Assembly (NCBI GenBank): GCA_951406725.2
Contig: OX597825.1
Coordinates: forward strand, 74,462,001-74,526,000
Origin: Octopus vulgaris
Taxonomy: Eukaryota
DNA: 64,000 nucleotides
Reading direction: 5' to 3'
The position numbers and the translations under genes were made by a program. Numbering within the stretch: position 1 is the first letter of the stretch; the number at the start of each line of letters is the position of its first letter. Of this stretch, positions 13,289 to 26,749 are shown one piece after another. The notes beneath the pieces were generated by a model, which ran no database searches, was not told the DNA's origin, and was given only the letters and a program-made list of their open reading frames with translations.

Positions 13289-13627
13289 TTAAATGCTAAT
13301 TTCGGTTTTCAACGGTCTTTTTGTAAATTTTTGTTCACTTAAATTTTGGCAAAGAAAGCATTCTTGAGATGTTCGTCTCATTCCGTAACTTTCCGATATT
13401 GATTTGAATACCTCGAACTCGTTTTCGTATTTGTAATAGTTTCCTGTCAATGCTTCCTCTTTCTTGTCCGCAAATGACAATAACGCATTAAACGTATAGA
13501 AGACGTATTTTGTTTTGTTCTGACAACACTTCTTTCTTATACATACATTCAAATATCTTGGTTCAAATGGAATTGAGCCACGTATAACTATCAATGTAAA
13601 ACACCATATATGTCTAATAATACACAT
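13289..13627 (-). CDS. Candidate small protein (112 aa), possibly secreted, Cys-containing; unverified
   Basis: ATG-to-stop ORF of non-repetitive sequence; hydrophobic N-terminus, 7 Cys, several dibasic sites; acceptor-like ttttacag about 50 nt upstream; AATAAA about 200 nt downstream; no recognised homology. Confidence 0.25.
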   Translation of the reverse strand: MCIIRHIWCFTLIVIRGSIPFEPRYLNVCIRKKCCQNKTKYVFYTFNALLSFADKKEEALTGNYYKYENEFEVFKSISESYGMRRTSQECFLCQNLSEQKFTKRPLKTEISI

Positions 13628-13883
13628 ATTTTATTAAAATATTTTATTACTGCTTTCCAGCCATAAAATTAATTCGTCTGTAAAACACGTTTCAAATTTC
13701 TGAGTAAAATAAAATTTATTTCGACGCCGAAATAAATCATTCTCAAACGTTTATAAGGTTTCGAAGAATGTAAATTTTAATATATATATATAAAATGTGT
13801 AACGTTAGGTAGTAATTCAATATATATATATATGCAATTATTCATTACATTCTCTCTTAAATCACAATAGCAGTTTTCTATTA

Positions 13884-13889
<6 letters not shown>

Positions 13890-13961
<72 letters not shown>
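13890..13961. repeat. (CT)n microsatellite
   Basis: Directly visible. Confidence 0.95.
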
Positions 13962-13964
<3 letters not shown>

Positions 13965-15199
13965 AAAATTTGCATTATTTATCTTTATTTTATTCCCAAA
14001 CTCTGAATTAATATCTGAATATATAAGTAACCATATTTGTTTTATTACTCTCACAAAAATAGCAATAATAACAATGAGGACTTGTTAACAATGTGCATCA
14101 TCGAAAATTATAGTAAATCCACCAGGATTGCTTATTCAATAATATTTCTTATTTTTTAAATCTAAAATTATGTCAGAAATGAAATGTTTTGACAAAGCTA
14201 TATTGAATGTAAATAATAATAATTTCGTTCATAAAACCGCCAAGAATTGTCAGGAAATTTTATTACATAAAAAAAGAAATGATACATACGTTGTGGTATT
14301 TAATTAGTTCTAATGCTCTGCTTAGAATCCACTGAGGTCGAATTTGTCTTTTATCTTTCTATGTTTGATAACATGATTTGTCAGTCATTTATTAGGGGTG
14401 ACATGACATACGTTTTGCAACCCACAAATATTTGCTTACTGGTTATGTTAGAAATGAAATTTACATAAATTTTAAAATAAATGACTGCTATGAGTAATAT
14501 ACTTTACACAAGTCTACAGCCACAATACTTAATCGGTTTGCATTACTTAACTGAGTTTACAGAAAAAGAGAAACCTAACAGTATTTCAACATATAGGGAC
14601 AGATCTTAATATTGTTTCAAGTTTTGACACAAAGCCAGCAATTCAGGTGGTAGCAATTAGTCGGTTACACCGAATTTGTACTCTGTTTCTTGTGGGATCA
14701 TAGAAAAGTAGACACTGAAAAAGTGAACTGGAAAATACTAGTTAATGAATAGAAAGAATACCATAGAGAAAATATTGTGATCAAATATTGCAATACGTCA
14801 TATTGAGGTCCACCGTAGAGAAAACCGTGTGAATTCTTAGAAATAGATCATAGTCTGACTATACTTGCAATATCTCCATACATTCAATGTTGATGTTGTT
14901 GTTGTTATTTACTCTCATGTAAGCCTAAACGAAATGGCTTATGATCAAAGATATTCCAACTCTAAAAAACCTCTTCGCTTTTCGAACATTTTGTTATCCC
15001 GGCATCATAATATCAGCATTATAATACACCGTCTAATAATATCAGCTATTTCTGAGACGATAGGATGTAATTTGATAGAAATTTGGCTGCTATTTTCAGC
15101 ACTCTATGTGATCAGATAGGTCTTTCATCGTCATTGTATCATATGTTTGGATGGTAAGTATAAGAAATTATTTTCAAGTATAAATTCATATTTGCCGAT

Positions 15200-15460
<261 letters not shown>

Positions 15461-16217
15461 ATGCAGTTATGCAGTTACGCTCAGACAGTAGACGCCTAAT
15501 GTAAAGTACGATTATAAAACAGCCTCATTGAAACAGATACATTATCAGAATAAATAAACATTATACATGAGAAAAGGAGATACAGAGAAAGAGAGTGGGG
15601 ATGGAGAAGGATAGAAAAGGACAGAGAGAAAGTAAGAAATGTCTAAAAGAAAAAGAAAGAGTGTACGAAGGCAAACCGCTCATGCTTATAGACAACGTCA
15701 CCAGCTTAGCAAGTCTTGTGACATTATATGCATATTGATCAATTGTTATTTTGTGGCTGCTGGTTCTCCTTTGTCTATGGTCTTTGTTGGAAATGTTGAC
15801 AGGCGGGTCCCTTATCACATTAATTCTATAGGATTTGTGTTGTATTATTCCGTCATTATGGCTTTTAAAGCGAATAATACATGGGTTCAGTGCTGATGTT
15901 CCTCACAACAATTCTATTGCCACTGCTAGGTTTTATGTTAACATTTATCTATCAAGCTCAAGCGGTAGTAACAAAAAATTGCTCAGCTTCTCGAAAGTAG
16001 TTATCTATTTAAAGAAGCCTGGAAGACACCGGTATCAGTCGAGTAAATTTACCTCAGTATAAAACTGGTACTTTATTTCACCGACCCTAGACGGATTGAA
16101 GGTAAAGTTAGTCTCGTCGGGATTCGAACTCCGTAAGTAAAAACGAAAACTGGGATTTAATACATCAACATATTTTTACCAATGTTTTAGCAATTCAGCC
16201 AATCTAAAATACTACGT

Positions 16218-16529
16218 GGAAGCACATGTCCCAGTGGTTAGAGCAGCGGACACGAGGTCGAGGGATCGCGGGTTCGAATCTCAGACCGGGCGATTTGTGT
16301 GTTTATGAGCGAAACACCTAAGCTCCACGCGACTCCGGTAGAAGGTAATGGCAAACTTCTGCTGACTCTTTCGCCACAATCTTCTCTCATTCTTTCCTCC
16401 TGCATCTTGCAGCTCACCTGAGACGGGCCGGCATTCCGTCCAGGTGGGGAACCTATACGCCAAGGAAACAAGGAAACCGGCCCTTATGAGCCAGCTATGG
16501 CTCGAGAAGGAACACACAACAACAACAAT
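16218..16529 (+). mobile_element. tRNA-derived SINE family D, full length, with (CAA)n tail and 8-bp TSD
   Basis: A-box-like ccagtggttagagc, B box ggttcgaatc, tail caacaacaaca; atactacg at 16209-16216 and 16530-16537. Confidence 0.85.
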
Positions 16530-17315
16530 ATACTACGACAGAGTCGATTAAAATTGTCAGAAATACTCTTTACAATATGAATGAGACTAGAGGGACCTAA
16601 TCTTCTGCAAGCATATGGAAGATTTGAACTAAGATCTCCAAGATATCTAGTGGTTCATCAATTACACACAGCTACTTTAGAAGTGGTTTGAGATTATAAA
16701 CTACTGTAATTTTAACTGTCTCGGCTTATACTTTGTAAGTTTCACTTGCCTCCTTTATCTGATGATGCATTAATTGAGATGTTTCGTGGTTAGTTTTACA
16801 AGAGGGGCTCCAGTTCTATGAACTCCCACAATGCAACAACCGAGATGTATTCAAACTAGAAGAATCGGGCAAACGAGGTGACGTCCATTATCTTTACTTC
16901 AGTGTACCGTAGGCAACACGAGGCTAAGTTCATCTTTAGCCACTGGATTCTAGAGCCGACGGACCCCTAATTCTAAGTAACCAAATAAGACGACTAGAGG
17001 AAGTAATCGCTGGCATTCACACACTTACGGATTCAGGGTGCATAGGTTCGGCCTAACAGGAGTTGAGTAGTTAGGTAAGCAGACATTTGGCTCCATACAG
17101 CACTTGTAAATTGCTTATTCTACCGAGTAAATTGCCTCTAATGCATCCTCGTCCATCTGAATACCTCGGAACTGCGATATTTAAGCTTGAAACTTAAACT
17201 TTAAACTTTATTAACTCATATGCACTTCATGTAAAAAAAAATATTTTGTTGCCGCCATAAGAATTTGAAAACTTTCGAAAAAGTGTATAATAATTCTGTT
17301 TTTTGGTGGGGGTGG

Positions 17316-17522
17316 GGATAGTGGATCTCGAAGCATATAAAGCTATAAATGATAGCATGTAAATATTGGGCCGAAAAAAACCTTTCAGATAGAAAAAGCT
17401 GAAAGTCATCTGAGGGACATTCCCCTGGCAGTCTTCTACTTTTTCTATCCTTACGACTTTTCAAGCCGATATATTTACATGCTATTAATTATAGCTTTAT
17501 GTGCTTCGAGATCCACTATTCC
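17316..17522. mobile_element. MITE-like foldback element with about 55-bp terminal inverted repeats
   Basis: ggatagtggatctcgaagcatataaagctataaatgatagcatgtaaatat pairs with atatttacatgctattaattatagctttatgtgcttcgagatccactattcc; inner gatagaaaaag/ctttttctatc also pair. Confidence 0.8.
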
Positions 17523-17576
17523 AAAGACAATATTGTATGCCTGGGTGTTAGTGAAACACAAGACCGCCATTATAAT

Positions 17577-17619
<43 letters not shown>

Positions 17620-18538
17620 CTGATTCAATATTCTCAAGTTAGTTTATAAAGAAAATATATAAACTCTCTGGTTAATTTTACTTAATATTATTCATAGTGT
17701 GAAAATGTCACAATAAAACAGACAGTTGCTAAATATTTAAGTAGAAAAGTTCTGCGTATTTTGAGAGAAAAATATTATTACCATGCATTGTCATGTATGG
17801 GAATCGGAATACATTTGCATGGTGTTAAAAATGTAGATAGTTATTACAAGTAGTAATTAAAAAAGGAGAGAAACCCAATAAAACTCTAGTTAGTTCTTCA
17901 ATGATATAGTCATTATACAATCAACGCTAATTATTTAAAGCAGGCTACGAAGGAATCTATATGTGACTTTCTTGAAAAGTAAGGCGAATCTCCCTGTAGT
18001 CACATACCATTTTCTGGAATGTACAGATACATATAATAGCTGAAAGTAAGATGGAGTATTCACGAATGGAACGCTTTTAATCGTAGATCTTATTGATCAA
18101 GTATAACTATGGTGTAAAGATTAACTGCATTAAACGAAAGCTAGGTGAACCACTACGACCTCAGATAATTATCTCAGCTGTACACGTGTGTGAGAAGGAG
18201 CGCGTATAAATATATATATATATATATTTTTATATATATATATATATATATGTTTAACTGACAGTTGAGTTCTTGACCACTTTAGTACCTCTCTGAACGC
18301 TCCAAGAAGCTGAATACAGTTTTAACCAATATTTAAAAGACATATAAGGGACACATGGAAAAGATACCTCGAAGGTTGTTTCCTAATTTGGACCAAATCC
18401 CTACATATATGGAATAATTGCTATGAAGCATTGTGCAGAATATATTGTACAAATGAGCGTGGGTAAGGCCAAAACAATCTGAAGTAGAGGCAAGGTAAAT
18501 CACCAGAAAATAAATATGTGAATTAATATAAACTTACC

Positions 18539-18588
<50 letters not shown>

Positions 18589-18740
18589 TCGAATTTGTGT
18601 GAATGTGTATAGAAAAGTATATCAGTCGAATAAAGTTAAAACATGGTCTGGTTTTCACGTATTTTTTATTATGGTATTTTAACATTAAAAAATATATATT
18701 TTGTAATGCTCACAATGCTCACATAGTTTAACTTTGTTGA

Positions 18741-18814
<74 letters not shown>

Positions 18815-19619
18815 GTATGTACATACATATATTATATATATATATAATAGCAGTATTGCCCGGCTCGTGCGCTCGTGCGTTCTATGCAAGCGCGAATTAA
18901 GCTAAACTTGGATGAAGTTCAATCAAAACTCAATTATTTTGGTTTTAAAATCAAGCATTTAATGCCCTCTGTTTTTGCGCTTATGCGTTCCATTTCCTCA
19001 ATAGGAAGTACATACAAGCGTTTCATAAATTTTTGTTGATCAAATAATTGCATTGTTGAATTATTCTTTTAGATCAGTATTTCTCAACGAGGATTTCAGG
19101 GGAGAGTTTCAGGGAGTCGCTGGAGATGTATCGTGTTCAAAAATCCGGCCTGCTAAAATGTGGTTAAAATGATTCAAACTGCAGACTCAACGCAAAATGG
19201 TCACATTTAATTCAAATCGTTAAAAATGTTATGAAAACAATTGGTATGTGTTCACAAAGTCCAAACGATTAATACGAAAAAACCCTCCAGGCTACATCCC
19301 GAAAATGTATTTCTTTGCCGAATTTCTACAATGTTTACGGCGATTCGTTTTTATATCTTGATTTTTTTATTTTTCATGCAATTTACGCATGCTTGCACGC
19401 GTGGTGAACACAGTTCACGTCAAACAGCTGACTGAGTAAAGTTCACTATTCAATGCATGGGATAAGGCCTAAACAAACACATTATCCATTTTTGCAATTG
19501 CGAGATGAATTTCGGAACAGAAATAGCGCAGTTCACTTTTCATTCGCCTAAACTTTATGTGACCCATTTTTTGGTGGTTCTACGATTTGTTGGCTAGGAG
19601 GAGATGTGCCGGGAAGTTA

Positions 19620-19698
19620 AACACACAGACACACACACAGATACACACACAGACACACACACAGACACACAAGTTGAGTTTTATATATATAGATATAT

Positions 19699-19797
<99 letters not shown>

Positions 19798-19860
19798 CAT
19801 ACATACATACATACATACATACATACATGCATACATACATACATACATAAATAGATAGAT
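19620..19860. repeat. (CA)n, (GACA)n, (GATA)n, (CATA)n compound microsatellite
   Basis: Directly visible. Confidence 0.95.
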
Positions 19861-20689
19861 ACAGAGAATGTGGGAAGACAGAATTAGTGGCAGGTTATGA
19901 GCCCTTTAGACGAGTTGACAGATGTATTAGATAAATCTCCTTTCTTATCACACTTAATGCATTATCATCTTTATCATCTTATGCAATAAAGACATACTGA
20001 ATAGAATGTTAGCAGGCACACTGTGCCTAGGAAAATAAGCAGTATGGTCGCGATTGGCAGGACTTTGATCATGTGTCTGCTGTGCTAGAGCTTATACCGA
20101 GCAAAATATTAACAATATCAACAACGAGCAATCAGATTAATATCTGATATGCCATCAATATGTCTGTTGCCAATTTTGAACAGACTTTGTGGCATACATA
20201 ACGTATTATGCGGTCGCAGTATATGTTTATATGCAGGGCGACAATCGACAAATATGATTAATCTGTACAAAAACGCGCTCTATTCATATGTGATATCACG
20301 TATTATAATAGTATATCAGAAAGGTGTCTCCATCAGCAAACATATTATGTAAAGCTAATAATCGTATTGTGACATCTCATGAAAAGGAAACTAATTCACA
20401 AATATAATGTAGTTGATTACAGTATTGGAAAATTCAGGAAATTATGTCGTGTATCGCATACATATAAAAATATGGGAGCACATATCGCTGTCGTTGTCTC
20501 TGAATGCTAGCTCCGAATCTCGAATGTTTTAATACTAATATACGAGAATTAACCTCACATCGATCTGGATATTTCCAGGAGTCTTCAATATGGATTGTTT
20601 GATCAGCTAGAAATAGTATCCAACTCTTCCGCAAATCACACCTGTTGTCTTAAACGATAAAGAATATTTTGGTTGAAGAATAATTCTTT

Positions 20690-20892
20690 CTAATTCTGGC
20701 ACAAAGCCAGCAATTTTAAGGGGAGAGATCGACTACCAGTCCTGTTGCTCAACTGGTACTTATTTTATCGATCCTAAAAAGGATGAAAGGTAAAGTTGAC
20801 TTCGGTGGTATCTGAACTCAGAATGTAAGGAGCTAGAACGCCGCTGAACATCATTTTCCGGCGCGGTAGCGATTCTACCAGCTGACCGCTCT
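20690..20892 (-). mobile_element. SINE family A copy
   Basis: gctcaactggtacttattttatcgatcctaaaaaggatgaaaggtaaagttgacttcgg...gattctaccagctgaccgc. Confidence 0.8.
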
Positions 20893-21974
20893 TTGGATAA
20901 AGGATAAATTGATCATCAAGGATAATACATGCCTAAATAAAAAAAATGAGCATGCTCATTATGGGCACCACTTTGATTATAGTTCTACTCGATGAGGGGA
21001 AAGAATCACAGTAACTCCTCGAAAACAGCCATTGTTACCAGCTTTTCCTCTCTAAAACGTCGACTTCTCCATATAAACATTAACCGCCTCGATGCCACAC
21101 AGCTCACAGGACATCTGTAATAGCCATTGAGCACATAACTCCTTCTACCAGAATTATCTATTAAATGGAAACTGTTTAAATATAAAGTCCGTCTTTTGGC
21201 TACTATTGCTGCTAGTATAATAGCGTATCTCTTCTTGAAAACATACAGCGACAAACATTAGCTAAAAGACAGCTGAACGTTCAGAACAATTTTCCAATTA
21301 TTCACTTTTATTTTGGTTTTATGGTCTGCCTGAAACACATCACTTTTCAATAATTTATTCCCAATTTGGTAAACTGGTTTATGTACAAATAAGAAAGCAA
21401 TATTTTCCCCTCAAAGACAATACAGTGTATATAACAAAATTTTCTTCTTTGACGGACAATTTACAATGTGACACAGGTATTTAAATTATTTGGTTATAAA
21501 AGTACCATCATATATTTCAAACAAAGCTGATTACATCAGACACAAATTCAGTTTTGAAGAGGAGAGTTGTCACGTATCTTACCGCAGTGTAATGTTTATT
21601 CTCATGGTTACACCGGCCGGTTGTATCGATTGAAGATATTCCAAAAACCTAGCAGTAATTATTACTATTTCGGCCAAGTTGTGTTGCAAAACAAATTCAT
21701 TTTGTTTGATTTCATTTCGGTTGATTTGAACACGAAATTGAGAAGGACGAACTAAAATAAAGCCATTTACTATGGTTGTGTTACTATCCTTTCATTTATC
21801 TCTATATTTATTTGGCGCGTAACAGCCTAGTCGTTGGCTTCAAAATGATACTGGACTGTTCTACTGATAATTACGCAATTTCCAGTGGGTTGCAAGTTAA
21901 AATGGGGCATTATAATATTAGTGGTTCCGATGAATTGACCTCATCGTCATGGTCACTTTGATCGTGTCACACTT

Positions 21975-22120
21975 ATCATCATCTTTTAACGTCAGACATT
22001 CCATACTGGTATGATAGTATTCGACGGTTTAACAGGATTTGACGAGTCTGATGGCTGCTTTCTGCTCGCTGTCTACTTTTGCATGATTTCTATAGATGGA
22101 TGTCCTTCCAAACCCCAATC
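21975..22120 (-). mobile_element. Decayed SINE/LINE 3' tail ending in (GAT)n (RTE-like tail)
   Basis: Minus strand ggaaggacatccatc...gacgttaaaagatgatgat; related decayed piece at about 48730-48870 (+). Confidence 0.5.
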
Positions 22121-22397
22121 GCTTTATGTGTGTACGTGCGTGCGCGCGTGTGTGTGTGCGCGCGCGTGTGTGCGTGTGTGTGTATGTGTGTATATGTATA
22201 TATATATATATATATATATTACTGTTGGATTTTTCTCAGAAGATATTGAAATCTTACATGTATACCATTCTGCCTAAAAAATGGATCCACAAATTCAATA
22301 TCCCTACATATCTCACATCTATTTTCTTTCCTCCACCTCACTCTCTATTTTGTATCACATCTAAATTAACTATTAGTTAACCATCCTCTCACACAAA

Positions 22398-22447
22398 TCT
22401 CTGATGAAGGGATATCATTAATAAATATCCTGGAAACAGCTGTAAGA
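22398..22447 (+). ncRNA. Minimal type I hammerhead ribozyme in a probable PLE 3' fragment (about 22220-22518)
   Basis: UCU-CUGAUGA-aGGGAUAU...AUAUCCUg-GAAAC-AGCU-GUA^AGA; palindromic stem III ACAGCUGU; A.G mismatch at the base of stem II. Confidence 0.75.
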
Positions 22448-22511
22448 CCTTCTATCTATAAATATTCTAATATCTACACAGCCTTGGTTTTTTATCTCAT
22501 TACGCAAAAAT

Positions 22512-22556
<45 letters not shown>

Positions 22557-22559
22557 CGT

Positions 22560-22603
<44 letters not shown>

Positions 22604-23965
22604 AAATGTGTAGTAATGCAATATATATATTCTAAATGAGCTCGTCATCTCCACTCTCATCTCTACTACCGCCACCTCTAACATTACCTCGATGATCATC
22701 TGTATTATCATATTTCAAATTTTCTTCGCAATTGAGATGCTACATCATTCCTACTTCGAAATCTTCTTAAAAACATTTTTTGTATAGAAATATTAATCTT
22801 AAAGAAATATCACAGGAAATAAAAACAAAAATGACTATTATTATTATGATATATACATGATTAACTTTTGATTTAGTGCTTCATTTACTTTTGATAACTT
22901 TGCTGTCAAAATAGAAAGACAAACGCAAGTGTCTTTGATTTGGGAAAATAAAAGAGAATAATAGAAACGGATTGCAATTTTTCTTTAGGCTTAACACGGA
23001 AACTAATTTATGTTGAGAATTTATATAGTTCATGTCAGTTCATAATTTAGGTTTGGACTGTGAGGAGACGCAAGAATCATATATAATTGGTTTGGTTTAA
23101 TACCATGATTTCATTCTGAAGTAATTCTAGCAGATATTCTTATGCCGTTTTGATGTTTCAATACTCTCAGACTCGGCCCTGTTGAATATTTTTAGAAATA
23201 AACATTTCTGCTTTAAAATAATTTCGTTATTATTGCATTAACTCATTTCCACAACTCTTTAGTCAGTAAAGTGTTTAAACATGTTTTCAACAACCCTTTG
23301 AATACCTGTAACTGTATAATATTAATATCCGGTTGAGAACTGCCTAATTTCACTGTGAAATTGATCCCTTCACTTTTAAAACCATAGCATTCCCATGTAT
23401 AATTTAAGTGGAGATTATATCGTAGCTCATCGGGCAGATTTTATTATCTTTATGAAATAAGATTAAATTTAATTTTGTTAGGTCAATGTGCTTCAAATAT
23501 TCGATAATTACACGCTAGTTCCACTTTCACTATTAATTTTGTATCGTAAAAGCCATGGTATTTCTAATGACAAGTTATGGTATTTCTACCATGAGGCTAG
23601 CCTAAAAGTTTTAACTGCGCTTCTCGAGATTCCGTATTAACAATTTCATTTATTGTAATCTGTAACAGCATTTATTGTAATTTGGAACCCTATTGCATAC
23701 ATCATTGTACTTGCAAATCTATTGCTTCTTATCGATAATCTATCAAGTATGGGTGAAGTTACAGTCCGCTTCAGGATGTCAAATGAAACCAAAGCATTCT
23801 GGAGATGTCACCCCTCCTCGCCACGATCCAATTAAAATAATATCTGTTATTTAGCTCATTTCTATGTTTCTTCAATGAGTAATTAATTTTAACAAATTTG
23901 ACTGATCACGTTACTATATTAAGTATGACGGATCTAATGTGAATATTAATATCTATGCTCCTTTA

Positions 23966-24205
23966 GGGCAGCGAGTTGGCAGAATCGTTTGTATACTAGG
24001 CAAAATGGTTAGTGCCATTCCGTTCTGAGTTCAAATTCCGCCGAGGTTGACTTTGCCCTTCGTCCTTTCGTGTTCGATAAAATAAGTACCAGTTGAGCAC
24101 AAGGGTCGATAAAATGACTACCAGTTGAGCCCTGAGATCGATGTAATCGACTAACGCTTCCCTCACCGAAAATGATGGCTTTCTGCCAAAATTTGAAGCC
24201 AATAT
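23966..24205 (+). mobile_element. SINE family A copy with a short internal duplication
   Basis: ggcagcgagttggcagaatcgtt...gttctgagttcaaattccgccgaggttgactttgcc; cgataaaa...taccagttgagc occurs twice. Confidence 0.85.
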
Positions 24206-25467
24206 CTATTCTCCCTTCTCTAGAATATGGTGGAGAGTTGGCTGCTTTCAACTGATTTTCATCAAACATGTTATGTATTTGACGTCAAGATCTGTTTATA
24301 AAAATATTATCGTTTTCATAATGAAAACACACATACTTGGTTAATGGCTACGGTACAGGATCAGCGTCACTTTACTTGCTGTTGTTCACACTTTCAGTTC
24401 AGTGCTGACAGAAATAACTGATACCGAAGCAATTCCGTTCCTCACATTCACGTCTATATTACCATACATAGTGAATATAGGACAGGATACGATTTGTGTA
24501 GTTTCTTTTTGCTTTAATGATAGAGCGTATTTTGAGGGAGATTTAACCTTCATTTATAGCGACAACACAAATGCTCACTCGTTTCTTATAGTGTCAGTAT
24601 TTATAAACATAGCGATAACTAAACGCACTTTAGAGATGTTTTCTTTTAAATGTAGTCATTTCCTCCAACAATGTCCGCCCTATACTTCACAAACAACGTA
24701 GACCTGATCTTTTTTCACGCTGCGTTCTCTTTTAAAGTGAACGAGTATCGTTAGATGCAAATTTGACTGCTATTTCTGACATCTGTGTAACTGTGTAACA
24801 GGCGTTCCCTCGTTCCAGCGTTAGTTCGTTAGTATATCTGTCCATCCTGTACGATCATTATCATCGATTAGCTTAATTATATCTCAGTGTCGTTAAGTTA
24901 GAATTCATTAAAGGTTAATAATAGTCCACATTTAGTACAATAGGACGGATATAGAAATCACAATTGTTACACTTTCTACATAATGACAGCGAAAACAACT
25001 TTGATCTTACCCTACTGAACTTATCTAATTCAGACTACAAAGCGACATCAATGCTCAAACTTTTCTGTCTTCTATATAATAGCACTAGATTCTTCTATAT
25101 AATAGCACTAGATTATTTATGTTATGTTATTCTTTTTACTTTATCAAGCATACTTATATTACTTGTCCAGTTTGGCACCTTTGAATTAATACAAAAGTAA
25201 ATTGCATACTTAAAAACATTAGATAGTTTTTAAAAGAGTACATCAAGGCTAGATTGTGCAATATTGATTTCATTTAACTAGGTACTAGATCAATATTTGT
25301 CAGCGTGGGCTGTGTTGCCAAGTCCAAGTAGTGTCAATTTGGTATATTTATATTACGACCGCGAAAAAATCTGTAAGAGAACGCTGAACATCGATGAAAG
25401 TAATTTATTAGCGAATGCAGGGCTTTCTCTGCTAATTCTGCATCCTAGATTCCTTAATATTAGTTTA

Positions 25468-25531
25468 CTAGCGGGACCCGTGAATATTTCACGGAATTAA
25501 CGGTAAACCTGTTGAGCTATTTCTGAATTTA

Positions 25532-25562
<31 letters not shown>

Positions 25563-26404
25563 ACACAAAAAAAAACTGAAAGCGTAGCCTGTGTTGTATT
25601 TGTATGGAAAGTGAGTTGCTCATCTGCTACTCATTGAAAAGTGAAAGAAATTGGAATGCGATGATTATTTAATGCACTTTATATATGCTCTTTATGTACA
25701 ATTTTATTGACTTAATACGCAGCACACATAAAATAAATATTCACTCTTATTTTTCTATCGTTCCCATAAAAAAAATATCCTGTGCGTATGATACAATCTT
25801 TTTGTTATATCTGGCACGTAAATAAGCGTGAATATTTCACGGAATTGCACTTATGCGCATGCATTAAGTGATAAGTGATATAAAAAAAGATTTAGCTCAA
25901 TGAGAAAAATGCATTTTCACTATCCAAACAACACCCCACCCCAGCATCTCTCTCGCCTCTCTCTCTCTCTCTCTCTACCACTCTCTTCTACTCTCTCCCT
26001 CTCTTTCCACTCTTTCTCTCTCTCTTTCCCTTTCCTTTCACTCTCTGCCTTTCTTTAACCTCACCATCAGAACATCACCCCTCTGCTAAAATTATATTTT
26101 TAATTCTCTGCCTCTACCTTCAACTAACTTTTTTAGCCACACTTCTCCCTCATTGCTTTTTATTACTTCTTTCTGTCTCAATCTTCGTCTTATCCTCTTT
26201 TTCTCTCTCTGAATTCTTCCTCCTCTCTTTCCTCTCAACTAATCACGTGAAAGCGATGCAATTACATTCCCTCTACCTCACGTCATGGACGCTTCTCTCT
26301 CCCTCTTTTCTCTCCCTCTTTTCTTTCTCCCTCTTTTTCTTTAATCACGTGAAAGCGTTACCAACTGGCTAAGTAACGCAATGACAAGCAGAATTATTAT
26401 AAGA
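25468..26404 (-). mobile_element. Non-autonomous Helitron-like element with duplicated 3' hairpin
   Basis: Plus strand a|ctag then palindrome ccgtgaatatttcacgg (25478-25494); other end ttattataaga|t gives 5' TC on minus; same hairpin again at 25827-25846; CT-rich interior. Confidence 0.6.
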
Positions 26405-26409
26405 TGTTA

Positions 26410-26625
26410 AGGTGGCGCCGGCAGAATCGTTAGCTCGCCAGACAAAGTGATTAGCAGCATTTATTCTAGCTTTACTTTCTGAGCTCAAATTACGCTGAGC
26501 TCGACTTCCCATTTCCTCATCATTTCAAGGTCGAGCAAATAATTAGCAGATGAGCTATGGGGTCGATGTTAATGACTAGCTCCCTTCACCAAAATTGCAG
26601 GCATTGTGCCGATAGTATAAAATTT
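26410..26625 (+). mobile_element. SINE family A copy (decayed)
   Basis: aggtggcgccggcagaatcgttagctcgccagacaaa...ggggtcgatg. Confidence 0.75.
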
Positions 26626-26749
26626 TATTATCTTATGTTTGACTAGCCGTGATACTTGGTTTTATATAAAATACTAGAATTTAAAAGATTTAGTGATTTA
26701 GCAGCGTTAACGAAGTTAGATTCACTCAATAGGAATTGAAATCATGTCG

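Noticed and set aside
16218-16290. tRNA gene (also 37688-37755)
   Set aside because: A/B boxes continue into SINE bodies with TSDs; no complete cloverleaf
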